A stretch of DNA of 61,972 nt, filler included. It is 6 parts of 6 records of this genome, joined end to end, with 100 filler letters (N's around TTAATTAATTAA, not from the genome) between each part and the next. Parts side by side here need not be neighbours in the genome. Positions count along the whole stretch, not along the records: positions 26,316 to 42,312 come from SRR20825010_2598; positions 42,413 to 50,950 come from SRR20825010_2601; positions 51,051 to 57,130 come from SRR20825010_2604; 3 more parts are not named here. One strand, 5' to 3'. How positions within the stretch are numbered: the stretch's first letter is position 1; every line of letters begins with the position of its first letter. Below the pieces are notes generated by a model. That model was not told the DNA's origin. It worked only from the letters and a program-made list of their open reading frames with translations, and made no database searches. The translations under genes were made by a program, and so were the position numbers. Below are positions 41,519 to 51,051 of this stretch, piece by piece.

Positions 41519-41853
41519 CTATAGCGGATACCAGATTAGGCCCGGTGCAGCCATCCATCATCAACAAGGCTGCTGAGCAACTATTTTTCCTGTTCGGGCA
41601 ACTTGACCCAGCGCGGGTGGAATCGATCGTTGAGCGGGTGGAATATGCCATTGGTGTGCCACACGGCGACGCGATTACGGCAATTGGCCATAATACTCGC
41701 CGAGCTGTTCTTGAGCAGGCGGTAGCAAGGCTGCTCTACGCAATCGCAGGTCTGTCATATGAGGACATCCTGTTCGCACTTACCTATGCCGAAACACAGG
41801 CCATGATTGATGGCGCGCAGGACGATGTGCCGGCAGAGGTGCACTACTGCTGA
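41515..41853 (+). CDS. Hypothetical protein translationally coupled to luxI
   Basis: ATGA start/stop overlap with luxI; 112 aa; followed by hairpins. Confidence 0.7.
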   Translation: MTIADTRLGPVQPSIINKAAEQLFFLFGQLDPARVESIVERVEYAIGVPHGDAITAIGHNTRRAVLEQAVARLLYAIAGLSYEDILFALTYAETQAMIDGAQDDVPAEVHYC

Positions 41854-41912
41854 AGATATAAGTCTCTGGTGTCTCTATCCGGCTATTCAGGACCACCGGG
41901 TAGAGATCTTAG

Positions 41913-41957
41913 ACCGCCGAGCCGGGAGTGGTGACCCGCGCTCGGCGGTTCTTATTT
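41913..41957 (+). terminator. Intrinsic terminator of luxI operon
   Basis: ACCGCCGAGC...GCTCGGCGGT stem followed by TCTTATTT. Confidence 0.6.
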
Positions 41958-42029
41958 AGTGACCACTGAGCGCAAACCAAAAACGGATTCGTCCAACCGA
42001 AGCTAGGTTCATAAGGTGATTTAAGGGGA

Positions 42030-42312
42030 AGAGAAGTGGGCCGTTCTGTTGCTAGGTGGCCCAACCCCCACCTGAAGGCGTCAACCCTCAGGAATTTATA
42101 AATGTAGTCCTTGTGACTGCTTACGCAGCAACAGCGAACTCGACGTCATTGTCGTTAGCATTTATTAAAGGTGGCCCATTACAGCGGTGCCATCCTGGGC
42201 GAAAGGCATAACATCTTTCGATACACGTCGATCCTGGTTCGCCCCCGTCAGCAAAGGTCAGACATGGATCTCTGGCCGTTCCTGGTGGAGGCGCCGGGCA
42301 CTGCCCCCGGGT
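42030..42312 (-). ncRNA. ssrA: Permuted two-piece tmRNA (5' part cut by linker); tag ANDNDVEFAVAA
   Basis: Minus strand: T-arm and CGCCTCCACCA ending at 42283, 36-nt intervening segment, GGGGGCG start at 42246 (G3.U70 pair), tag frame 42159-42121; 3' boundary approximate. Confidence 0.95.
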
Positions 42313-42412
42313 NNNNNNNNNNNNNNNNNNNNNNNNNNNNNNNNNNNNNNNNNNNNTTAATTAATTAANNNNNNNNNNNNNNNNNNNNNNNNNNNNNNNN
42401 NNNNNNNNNNNN
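42313..42412. other. Artificial contig linker
   Basis: N-run + TTAATTAATTAA + N-run. Confidence 0.98.
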
Positions 42413-42414
42413 AC

Positions 42415-42801
42415 AACGACGAATGGTCCTACAACAAGATTATTGATTTGGGGCACATGTCGAAAAAAGATCTTGACTATTGCATCGAGAACCTCCTGGA
42501 TGAGAACAATAACTTTGACCGTATGGCCGATATTTTTCAGGTGATTCAGTCGGTATATCCGCCTGCGAAGGTGGATGAACTGAACGGCAGGAAAACCATC
42601 TTCTTAAATTCCAGGGGCGCCACGTCAGTGTATGCAGATCAGGATGCACTTTTGGTTGTTGATGGAGTCATCACTCAGAACATCTCAGGCATTCACCCTA
42701 CCAAGGTGAAAGCTGTGAAGGTGCTCGTCGGTACGGAGACTTCCTTTTATGGTACACGTGGTGCCAATGGCGTAGTTGAGATTCTTCTGAAGAACAATTA
42801 A
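42415..42801 (+). CDS. TonB-dependent receptor plug-domain protein, 5' truncated
   Basis: ALLVVDG, YGTRGANGVVEI, ends directly after the plug domain. Confidence 0.8.
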   Translation, partial: NDEWSYNKIIDLGHMSKKDLDYCIENLLDENNNFDRMADIFQVIQSVYPPAKVDELNGRKTIFLNSRGATSVYADQDALLVVDGVITQNISGIHPTKVKAVKVLVGTETSFYGTRGANGVVEILLKNN

Positions 42802-42848
42802 CACGCCACTCTAAATCATCCTTTTCATTCATAAAACCCAGGTAGGTC

Positions 42849-45029
42849 ATGACTAAATCTATTCTCGTTGGCTTGCTGTTTATTTCTATTTATTGCGGTT
42901 ATGCGCAGCAGCAAATAGTTGTCACGGTTTCTCCAACGACGAATGTCTCCATAAACGGTCATCTGGATCTTGATCGCACGAAGTATTTCAACCTGAGCAG
43001 TGCTGCAGATCAAATCTCAAGGATCAAAGACACGGCCATTGAGGATTATTTGTTCAAAGACCTGGGCGCTACCATGGGTCGTCAATTGTCTATGGTGAAA
43101 AGCGAACGGGATTGGAGCAATGCTGTGCGCGAAGATGCTAACCGGCCGGGCTATCTGGACATTGACTATTACGTTTCCAGAAAGAATCCCAACGATGCGG
43201 GTTTGGATGCATACAAAACCTTATGGGGCGATCGGCAGGGGCTGGCCACACACGACAGTCATGACGCTTATCCTGATTTTATGGAGCAGTGGGGTGTGGA
43301 CGAATCAGATAAATTTCCAGTCAACACCGACGCATCTGCGGAAATGGTGGCCTATATGCTCAAGCATCGCTATACTGATTTTCAGCGCCCAACCTATTTT
43401 GAACTGGTCAATGAACCCCACTGGAAGGTGTGGTCCGATCAACGATTTGTTGATTTCCATACCAAAGCAAAGGCGAAAGTGCTGGAGCTGGGTGTGGACA
43501 CCCGGGTGGGTGGCCCGTGTTATTCGGTATCTTATTTCTACAGAAATGAATACACCGGCACAAAGAACCTGATCAAATTCATCGACGATACCCAGTTCGG
43601 GCTGGATTTTTACTCCTTCCACAGCTACGACTACATGAAGTGGGACGATAGTGCACAGGATTTTGTGGGTTCTATCACTTCCGGTTTGCCTTTTGAAGGT
43701 GTGTTTGATGCGCTTGCAGCCTATACCTACAACAAGTACGGAAGGGAACTCAACTATGTATGCAGTGAGCATGGTGCCTATATAAGTGATTCGGGAAACC
43801 GCGATGATGCCCTGAACATGCTCGGGGAGAAGTATTTCCCGGGATCGGGTTTTGACTATGAAATGGAGAAACGAACCATCGACAATTTCGTCATGGTGAA
43901 TGGGGCCATTGCCAACACGCTTACCTTTATGAACCACCCGCACATCGTGCAAAAATCAGTGCCGTTCATTCTATTGGAATCTGCCGGATGGGACACGCGC
44001 TATTATTCCAGCCTCTTGGTAAAAAAGGATTTCAACAAACAAAGCACCACTTGGGTACAGTCGCGATTAATCGATTATTACAAGTTTTTTGACGGGGTAA
44101 AGGGGAGAAGAGTGGAAGCCCATACAGCCGATACCGACATTCAGCAACTTTCGTTTGTTGATGGTAGCAGCCTGATCGTGCTCCTGCATAACCAAAGCAA
44201 TGTGGCTGGCGAAATCGATGTGAAAATTGCCGGTTTTGACCAAGCATTGGATCATATTAAGATCAGAAGACTAAGTCGCGCAGTGGACTTCCGTCCGGTT
44301 TTTGAAGAAAAAACCATTACCTCTTTAAACGACCTAAGCATCGGCGCTCAGGAATCCATAGCCCTTTTTGTAACTTATAAGGAAGACATTCCAGCTACTG
44401 TGGAGCTCGATGAAATCGCCCATTACAGTGCCCAAAGTTCGGTGCAGTTTTCAGGTTCGAAGGTTTTTCAGGTAAACATCCCCGATCATAAAAGAGCCCA
44501 GTACGGTTTGGTTCGAGTTGGGGTAAACAGGAAAGCCGATTTCTCGCGCGAGGTGAGTATCAAGCTAAATGGCCATGTGCTGGCAGTGCCCGTGGAGGAA
44601 AGTGCAACTAGGATCACGCAAAATGCGCAAGACTACTCCACCACCAAAATCGTCAAAGTACCCGGTGATTGGCTCAAAGCCGAAAACGAGGTGGAAGTTT
44701 CCTTTCCAGATGGCAAGTCTGGCGGGGTAGGTGCCATAGTGATCCGTGCGGCAATAGGTGCTGAAGAGCGAGAAGAATCAGTTTTGGATACCAAAAAAGG
44801 TGGGTTTGGTTTTAATATATATCCCAATCCTGCACAGAGAATGCTTCACTTCACCGCAGACCAGACAGGACAGGTACAGATCATGGACTTGTCCGGAAAG
44901 CGGGTTTGGTCAGGCGATGTTACTGCGGGTAGCAACACTTTGGATATAGCCACACTTCAAACAGGCAACTACGTGCTCCAGCTCATTCTTCCAGGTAGCG
45001 TACACACTAATAAATTGGTAATCAGATAA
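42849..45029 (+). CDS. GH86-like beta-porphyranase/agarase with T9SS sorting domain
   Basis: Signal peptide, LDRTKYFN, clan-A-like NEP and SEHG motifs, C-terminal IYPNPA...KLVI. Confidence 0.7.
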   Translation: MTKSILVGLLFISIYCGYAQQQIVVTVSPTTNVSINGHLDLDRTKYFNLSSAADQISRIKDTAIEDYLFKDLGATMGRQLSMVKSERDWSNAVREDANRPGYLDIDYYVSRKNPNDAGLDAYKTLWGDRQGLATHDSHDAYPDFMEQWGVDESDKFPVNTDASAEMVAYMLKHRYTDFQRPTYFELVNEPHWKVWSDQRFVDFHTKAKAKVLELGVDTRVGGPCYSVSYFYRNEYTGTKNLIKFIDDTQFGLDFYSFHSYDYMKWDDSAQDFVGSITSGLPFEGVFDALAAYTYNKYGRELNYVCSEHGAYISDSGNRDDALNMLGEKYFPGSGFDYEMEKRTIDNFVMVNGAIANTLTFMNHPHIVQKSVPFILLESAGWDTRYYSSLLVKKDFNKQSTTWVQSRLIDYYKFFDGVKGRRVEAHTADTDIQQLSFVDGSSLIVLLHNQSNVAGEIDVKIAGFDQALDHIKIRRLSRAVDFRPVFEEKTITSLNDLSIGAQESIALFVTYKEDIPATVELDEIAHYSAQSSVQFSGSKVFQVNIPDHKRAQYGLVRVGVNRKADFSREVSIKLNGHVLAVPVEESATRITQNAQDYSTTKIVKVPGDWLKAENEVEVSFPDGKSGGVGAIVIRAAIGAEEREESVLDTKKGGFGFNIYPNPAQRMLHFTADQTGQVQIMDLSGKRVWSGDVTAGSNTLDIATLQTGNYVLQLILPGSVHTNKLVIR

Positions 45030-45254
45030 CTTCCCTGAATGAATAATTGATCATAGGGAATTGATAATGGATAATTCGCAAGAATGGAATGTTTAATGGG
45101 GCAGGTAAAGGTTTTCGGGCTCCCGCATCAGTTCTTAAAACGCTACCATGCTATCATGACAAATCAAGCTTGCATCAATCAGGAACCTCGTCTTCCTTTT
45201 ATCCCTGGTTGGCCTCTAAATACCTAGAACATAGTTGCTTTCAGGTGCTAACCA

Positions 45255-45380
45255 CATTATATATGGCTTCTCAGATCTTTATGTTTTATAAAAATGCCAT
45301 ATATCATTTTGAAAAAAGATATATAGGGTTTTTGAAAAAGGTACATAGTATTTCTGAAAAAGCTATATAGCTTTTTATCA
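45255..45380. repeat. Degenerate ~22-nt tandem array ending in a perfect 20-bp palindrome
   Basis: ATATATCATTTTGAAAAAAG / ATATATAGGGTTTTTGAAAAAG / GTACATAGTATTTCTGAAAAAG; AAAAAGCTATATAGCTTTTT at 45357-45376. Confidence 0.55.
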
Positions 45381-45703
45381 GATAAAAACGCTGAATAAGG
45401 TAGTTTCACCTTATAAGCCCTACTCCAGATGCCTATCACGTATAAAGTTGCAGCTGTGCAGTCGGGAATAGGAGGCCAACTGAGGTGTTATTCTTTGCTC
45501 ACAGATTGTTTGGTTACCAACCTGAACGAGCGCTGTGATCGCATCTCCTGTAGCCGATCGACTCCACCAAGCGGCCACTACCTGTCAGACTTGTAACCTA
45601 AGCATGCCTTTGCCATTCCGGCGAAAGCCAAATAAAGCAAGAGCAACTTAATCTCCCAGAAAAACCTGTCAGCAACAAAGTGGTTTGGTCAACCTTCCCC
45701 ACT

Positions 45704-48700
45704 TCATTTTGTCACGATGACCCTGTTTGTCAGTGTAGACGAGGTGTTAGTTGAAATGACCGTGTATATCCCCGGCTTCCAGTGGGACGATGGGAGGGTG
45801 GTGGTCTCTTTTTCTATTTTACCGGTGTAGATTTTTTTACCGGTTAGGTCATATACGTTCAGTGTGTATTCGGTCGGTTCCCGGAGTTGTATGAGCAGGT
45901 CTTTGCCATTGGATGGATTTGGGTAGATGATCCATGGCGACATCTGATCGTCGATTGCAAGGGTTTCATCTTCTTCCTCTTCTTCGGTAGGATCTTGCGC
46001 CACACCCTCCACAATGTCCAGCTCCGCCACCGCCGTGAACGGTTTCGTTGCTATGTTCTGTGTTTCACTAAGCGCTACAAGGCGCAGGTATCTCCCGGAC
46101 TTCACTTTGTCTAGTGTGATGATATGAAGCAACTTGTAGTTGGTGGCCAGATCCGAAGGCCATTCCAGTTCACCGGCTTTTGCGGCAGTGCCCCAATCCG
46201 TGGTGCTGTTGCTCACGTAGATTTCGTATTTGCCTATCGCCCCATTTGGGCCGTAGGCATCCTGCCGATGCAGGTAGTGCACTTCCTTCACATCAAGTTC
46301 TTCTTTGAAGTCAATGTGCAGCTCATGCGGAAAACCCGGTTGTGCGTTTTTCCATTCCGTATGCCAAAAGGTAGCAGGATCACCGTCGATGGCTCGGTTC
46401 TTATGCCCTGGTTCTGCTTCACTATCCGCATAGATCACTTCCCAGCCTAATTTATTTTTATACTTGTATGTAGGACCCAATAGCTCCAGTTTTCCAAATT
46501 TTCGGGTGTCCGAGCCTGCAGTGTTTGATTTGGTGTCGTTGGCCCAGCTGATGGCGTTTTCCAAACCCGCACCGTCATTGTCGTTTACCTGTATTTCAAA
46601 GCCGAAAGAAGTGCCTTTGGTAATCGGGGTTAGACCTATAGCACTCCAGGGAATTATTGCTTCCAGGACATATCCGTCGCTGGTTTCTTTGGATACATAG
46701 TCAAAACCCGTTTTGGTTGCCTTGATCCAGTTTTCAGAGCCGCTGACGGGGCTTCCAGTTGCTCCATAGTTCAGGCGTATTTGCAAAGCATCTGAGCCAT
46801 AAGCACCCAAATCATTGGTTTCATTGTCCGGATTAAAAAAGAGCTCAATGTGATCCGTTTCGGCATAGTCATCATTACCGGAAGCTGCCGTTTTTGTGTC
46901 GTCTTTCACATCGGCAAGTACATAGAGATACTCTGTGTCGTATGCCAGTTGGAAGTGGAAGGACAGGTCTGTTTCGCTGGGGAGTTCTTTTCCGGCGCTT
47001 TCGTAGCTTCCTTTCTCAGCTTTCACATAATCCCAGTTTTCATCTACGGTTCCGTCGATCAAAAAGGGTTCATCTACCTGATTGGCTCCAAAACCTTTGG
47101 GTGTTGCCCAGACCTTGCCTGAGCCTCCGCTACTTCCACAGCCGCTTCCGGTGGCCGGTGTGTCAAGGTTCGTGGCAATATCACCTTTTCCTGGAAGGTA
47201 AAGGACAAAGCGGTCTATCGGGTGGTTTTTTGACCTGCCGGCAATGAACACACTGTAAGTTCCCGGATTATCAAACCGGGCAAATACCTGCATTCCATTC
47301 ACCCCGCCGTGCTCGCCCTGAGAGTTCCACGACCATTCATTCAGGTTCTGAATCCATACTTTGGCATAATGATCGCCAATATTGGTTTTCGTTCCATCCT
47401 TGGTTCCGTAGTATTCATCCGCCTCAATTTTCAGCCAGCTATCATTTTCCTGATCAAAAGCCGCAGCGGTTTTACCGTTGCGCGACCGCCATTTGAACTG
47501 ATAGGTGCCCGGTGTGTTGATCTCGATTTTATACTCCAATATGCTCGCTTCAGGCACAGATCCGTAACTGTTTCCTCCTGTGTATTCGATGTGTCCTTCG
47601 CCAAGGGCATTCACACTGAAGGAATTGGTTTTCGCCCAGGCGCTGTTTAGCTCGATGGATTCCGCTTCTACGACCACATACCCATCTTTTTCTGCAAAGG
47701 CATCTCCGGTGCAAACAGAAGGCGTGATGGCCAGCTTGAGCCAGCGTGCCCGGCTCCATTCCTGTCCATCTGCGGAAGCCGTTTTGCCTTCCACCTTGAT
47801 TTCTGCGTTGTTTTCGATCAACACATTTTCAATAACCAGATTGAAGGTTTCACCAACTTCCCAGCTTTGGGTACTCAATGGAATTTTATAAGCGCCTACT
47901 TCTGCATTGTCCACAAAGACTTTAAACTCCGACTGTCCGTCGCTTTCGCCCACGCCATGAAAGGTCATGTTGTAGGTGCAGGACTCACCGGTAAAAGTTG
48001 TCGTGGCTGTAGCCGTTGCGGGGAGCTTATTCACCTCGTCGGGCCTTATTGCCAATATGTTTGTGCCAGTGAAAGTATCCACGTAAAAACCGCCCATATT
48101 AAAGTCTACTGAGTTTATTGACACTTCACTTCCACAACCAGCACTCGCTGTTACTTCGATGATTTTTGTGGTTTTATCAAAGCCATCTTTATCATCATAA
48201 ATGATCAGTTCCACCTCAAACCGACCTGCCTGCTCAAACGTGTGTGTGACGGTAGCACCCGTTGCAGTTATTCCATCGTCAAAATTCCAGGCATAGCTGC
48301 TTATCGTGCCATCTTCGTCGCTTGATGCCGTGGCATCAAAGGAGACTGAAAGAGGTGCTTTTCCCGATTCAGCATCTGTTGTGAAACTGGCAATGGGATT
48401 GATATTTGTTTCGCTGCTTTGACGCGTCACTAGGGCAGCCCAGTCTTTGGACGTGTCGGAAGGTGGGTTTCCAAGTGCTTTTGCCCCGGTTCCTGTTATG
48501 GTTGTTATCGAGCCGTCTTGAAGTGCCCCACCAGTTCTTGGGTCGAACCATTTCACCTGATATGTTCCGTTAATATTGATGGTCAGGTTGGCCGACCCAC
48601 CGGAAGGCAAATAAGCCAGGTAGGTTTTTCCCTCATCGGCAAGCGCCCATCCCGTGCTTATGAGCGCATCTGCAGGCGATAGTTGTGTGACAGGGAGGGT

Positions 48701-50557
48701 AGCAAAGAACTCGATAGCCACTTTCACATAATCCCAACTCTTGTCCCTGCTCCGGTAATCCTGGCAGGTAAGATCCGAATTGGGCAACTGATATCCGAAA
48801 TAATATTCCACCCCGGCACCACCGGCCATTAAGTTTCCCCAGAGGGTTTGCTGTCGTATTCCGTCCAAAGAAGGACTGCCAGTGTAGCTGTCGTCCGGAA
48901 CTCCGGTATTGGCACTTCCTTGTTCGTCGTTGGCCACCACCCATTTTTTACCGGCCTTTTCGGATTTTTCTACCCAATTTTTTGTGGAAGCATGCACTTG
49001 GTTCCAACCGGTTTGAATAGAAGCACCCGTGATTTCGGACGCATCGCCCAGCAAAGAGCTATATACCTGATCTTGCTGGTCTGGGTAGGAATGGATCACG
49101 ATGTGGTTTTGATAGGGGTCATGTTCATGGAAGTATTTTGCCATGTCCTTTCGTTGCTGAACCGTTTGGGTGTTTTCTTCGCCCAGGTTCCAATTCAGGG
49201 CCAGGTGATGTGCAAAACGAGCAATCAATTCGCGGTAATAAAGTTTTCGGGTCACTCCCAGATCGCCACCGTCCAGTAGCTGGTCGTTTTCGGTTTCCTG
49301 TGTTTTGAAATGTAAATAAAGCCCCAGCTTGTCGGCGTGTTCAAATACAATTTCCCATTGGTCCAGTTTGGAGCAATCGAAATGTTTGAAATCTGAATTG
49401 TTAATGTAGGGAAATACGTTTTTATCATCTCCTCCAATATTCATGGTTAGGAAGGAAAAGGCGTTTAACCCTTCACTTTCAAGGTAATTAAGCGCGCCAA
49501 TGATCTCTGTTCCCTTGTTTCCCTGCCAGCTTGGGTCTCCTGATTTCCAATCGTTTTGATGCGCCGACCAGGATTTTCTGCGTCCACCTTCGTTGGGAGT
49601 ATTATCAAAGTCTTCGTAAGCGAGGAAGTTTTCAGGGGCGTCTGGCCCGCCCTTCACAAAATAGTCCTTTGAGCCTGTGAACTGAAGAAAATGTTCGCCT
49701 ACATATTGCAGACGGCCTTTCGATCGGAAATCACGACCTGTTTTGTCCGATTCAGCGATGGTGAGAATCCCGGACTTTCCATCTATGGAGCTAATAGGGT
49801 CACCGGCTGTGGGGTCATCCGAAACGGCAATGTTTCGCCCGATCCGGAAGGAAGCAGTGTACGTCCATTCCCCGATAGTGGGAGGGGCGAAATGAACCCG
49901 CCATTTATTTCCGGTAGCAACACTGCTTTCGCCAGCGTTTCCATCTGCAGCAAAATAGCCAGGCACTTTAATCGATTGTTCATTTTGGGTAAAGGTCACA
50001 TCCAAACGGAAGTCGAGTGCAGGGTTCGGGTCGTTGCTCGTTTCGCTGTAGGTCGGGCCGTCGAAAGTGAGGGTGGTTTTGTGCCATTTTTTTAGTTCAC
50101 CAGAGATCACTACTTCACCGGTTCCTAATTCGGTGGGTTTTACAATTTCCGTGGTTGTTTCTTCAACGGTAAAACTTAGTTCAATGCTACCACCTTCTGC
50201 GCCAGTTCCACCTGATCCAGCGTAAGCGGTGGCTTTGATGGTGTGCGGACCCAACGAAGGTGTCCAAACCCAATAAACACCATCTGTATCCCCGGCTAAA
50301 GCATAAGGAGGTGTGCTTTCCGTTCTAAAAGCAGCACCATCCAACCAAAACTTCACGCTACCTACGGTTCCACTTGTATTTGCGCGAACGTTGAGCGCAT
50401 TGCCAAGTTCGGTCAGGTTAATTACCTGGTTGTTTGTGAGCACGGTAATTTCCGTATTGGTACTGGCATTCATTAAAGTAAGGCTGGTAACAGATTGCCC
50501 AAGGGCGCCTAATGTGAGCAGAATGAGGGCGGTTAGTGCAAGGAAGTGTTTAGACAT
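45704..50557 (-). CDS. Multimodular secreted DUF5060 protein (putative GH TIM barrel, PKD, CBM9-like, F5/8-CBM32, T9SS domain)
   Basis: VPGYFAADG, WNLGEEN, VANDEQG, WFDPRTGG, SYAWNFDDG, AYDTEYLY..DVKDD, AIDGDPATFWHTEW, IYPNPS. Confidence 0.8.
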   Translation of the reverse strand: MSKHFLALTALILLTLGALGQSVTSLTLMNASTNTEITVLTNNQVINLTELGNALNVRANTSGTVGSVKFWLDGAAFRTESTPPYALAGDTDGVYWVWTPSLGPHTIKATAYAGSGGTGAEGGSIELSFTVEETTTEIVKPTELGTGEVVISGELKKWHKTTLTFDGPTYSETSNDPNPALDFRLDVTFTQNEQSIKVPGYFAADGNAGESSVATGNKWRVHFAPPTIGEWTYTASFRIGRNIAVSDDPTAGDPISSIDGKSGILTIAESDKTGRDFRSKGRLQYVGEHFLQFTGSKDYFVKGGPDAPENFLAYEDFDNTPNEGGRRKSWSAHQNDWKSGDPSWQGNKGTEIIGALNYLESEGLNAFSFLTMNIGGDDKNVFPYINNSDFKHFDCSKLDQWEIVFEHADKLGLYLHFKTQETENDQLLDGGDLGVTRKLYYRELIARFAHHLALNWNLGEENTQTVQQRKDMAKYFHEHDPYQNHIVIHSYPDQQDQVYSSLLGDASEITGASIQTGWNQVHASTKNWVEKSEKAGKKWVVANDEQGSANTGVPDDSYTGSPSLDGIRQQTLWGNLMAGGAGVEYYFGYQLPNSDLTCQDYRSRDKSWDYVKVAIEFFATLPVTQLSPADALISTGWALADEGKTYLAYLPSGGSANLTININGTYQVKWFDPRTGGALQDGSITTITGTGAKALGNPPSDTSKDWAALVTRQSSETNINPIASFTTDAESGKAPLSVSFDATASSDEDGTISSYAWNFDDGITATGATVTHTFEQAGRFEVELIIYDDKDGFDKTTKIIEVTASAGCGSEVSINSVDFNMGGFYVDTFTGTNILAIRPDEVNKLPATATATTTFTGESCTYNMTFHGVGESDGQSEFKVFVDNAEVGAYKIPLSTQSWEVGETFNLVIENVLIENNAEIKVEGKTASADGQEWSRARWLKLAITPSVCTGDAFAEKDGYVVVEAESIELNSAWAKTNSFSVNALGEGHIEYTGGNSYGSVPEASILEYKIEINTPGTYQFKWRSRNGKTAAAFDQENDSWLKIEADEYYGTKDGTKTNIGDHYAKVWIQNLNEWSWNSQGEHGGVNGMQVFARFDNPGTYSVFIAGRSKNHPIDRFVLYLPGKGDIATNLDTPATGSGCGSSGGSGKVWATPKGFGANQVDEPFLIDGTVDENWDYVKAEKGSYESAGKELPSETDLSFHFQLAYDTEYLYVLADVKDDTKTAASGNDDYAETDHIELFFNPDNETNDLGAYGSDALQIRLNYGATGSPVSGSENWIKATKTGFDYVSKETSDGYVLEAIIPWSAIGLTPITKGTSFGFEIQVNDNDGAGLENAISWANDTKSNTAGSDTRKFGKLELLGPTYKYKNKLGWEVIYADSEAEPGHKNRAIDGDPATFWHTEWKNAQPGFPHELHIDFKEELDVKEVHYLHRQDAYGPNGAIGKYEIYVSNSTTDWGTAAKAGELEWPSDLATNYKLLHIITLDKVKSGRYLRLVALSETQNIATKPFTAVAELDIVEGVAQDPTEEEEEDETLAIDDQMSPWIIYPNPSNGKDLLIQLREPTEYTLNVYDLTGKKIYTGKIEKETTTLPSSHWKPGIYTVISTNTSSTLTNRVIVTK

Positions 50558-50809
50558 GCTGAGAGATTTTTGAGTTATGCTCTCAATTTTGTGTTTTGTA
50601 TTCAAAATTAGTTGCGCAAAGGGTTGCCATTTGAATAGTAGATCCTTGCATCCATTCTTGTAAAAACCCAGATATACAATTATCTTATACTGAAGCATTT
50701 GGCCTAAGTGGGGTGGTGCGCATATTGAAGGGGTTTTTGAATGTTTTTTTTGGAAAATGGGCTATCAACAGACTTTAAAATGACTACATATAAAAACAGG
50801 GGCATGATA

Positions 50810-50950
50810 ATGACTAATTACCTTAGGCCTGATTGGCATTTATTTTCGAAAACCCTTTCTGTGGGCTTTTTCCTACTCGTGGGTTTGTTTTCAGCGTGTA
50901 GGCAAAATGAGCCAATCAACAGGCCGAATATTGTATTGATCATAGCCGAT
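50810..50950 (+). CDS. Sulfatase lipoprotein, N-terminal fragment
   Basis: Lipobox FSAC, then RPNIVLIIAD. Confidence 0.7.
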
Positions 50951-51050
50951 NNNNNNNNNNNNNNNNNNNNNNNNNNNNNNNNNNNNNNNNNNNNTTAATT
51001 AATTAANNNNNNNNNNNNNNNNNNNNNNNNNNNNNNNNNNNNNNNNNNNN
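50951..51050. other. Artificial contig linker
   Basis: N-run + TTAATTAATTAA + N-run. Confidence 0.98.
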
Positions 51051-51051
51051 C

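Noticed and set aside
38790-42312. Active prophage or integrative element at ssrA
   Set aside because: No integrase, no duplicated tmRNA end and no phage genes visible.
42030-42312. Permuted tmRNA as a novelty
   Set aside because: Two-piece tmRNA is the norm in Alphaproteobacteria.
42171-42368. 65-aa ORF
   Set aside because: Antisense to tmRNA and runs into the linker.
45089-45439. Short ORFs in the gap between GH86-like and DUF5060 genes
   Set aside because: They overlap the AT-rich repeat array and show no protein-like features.
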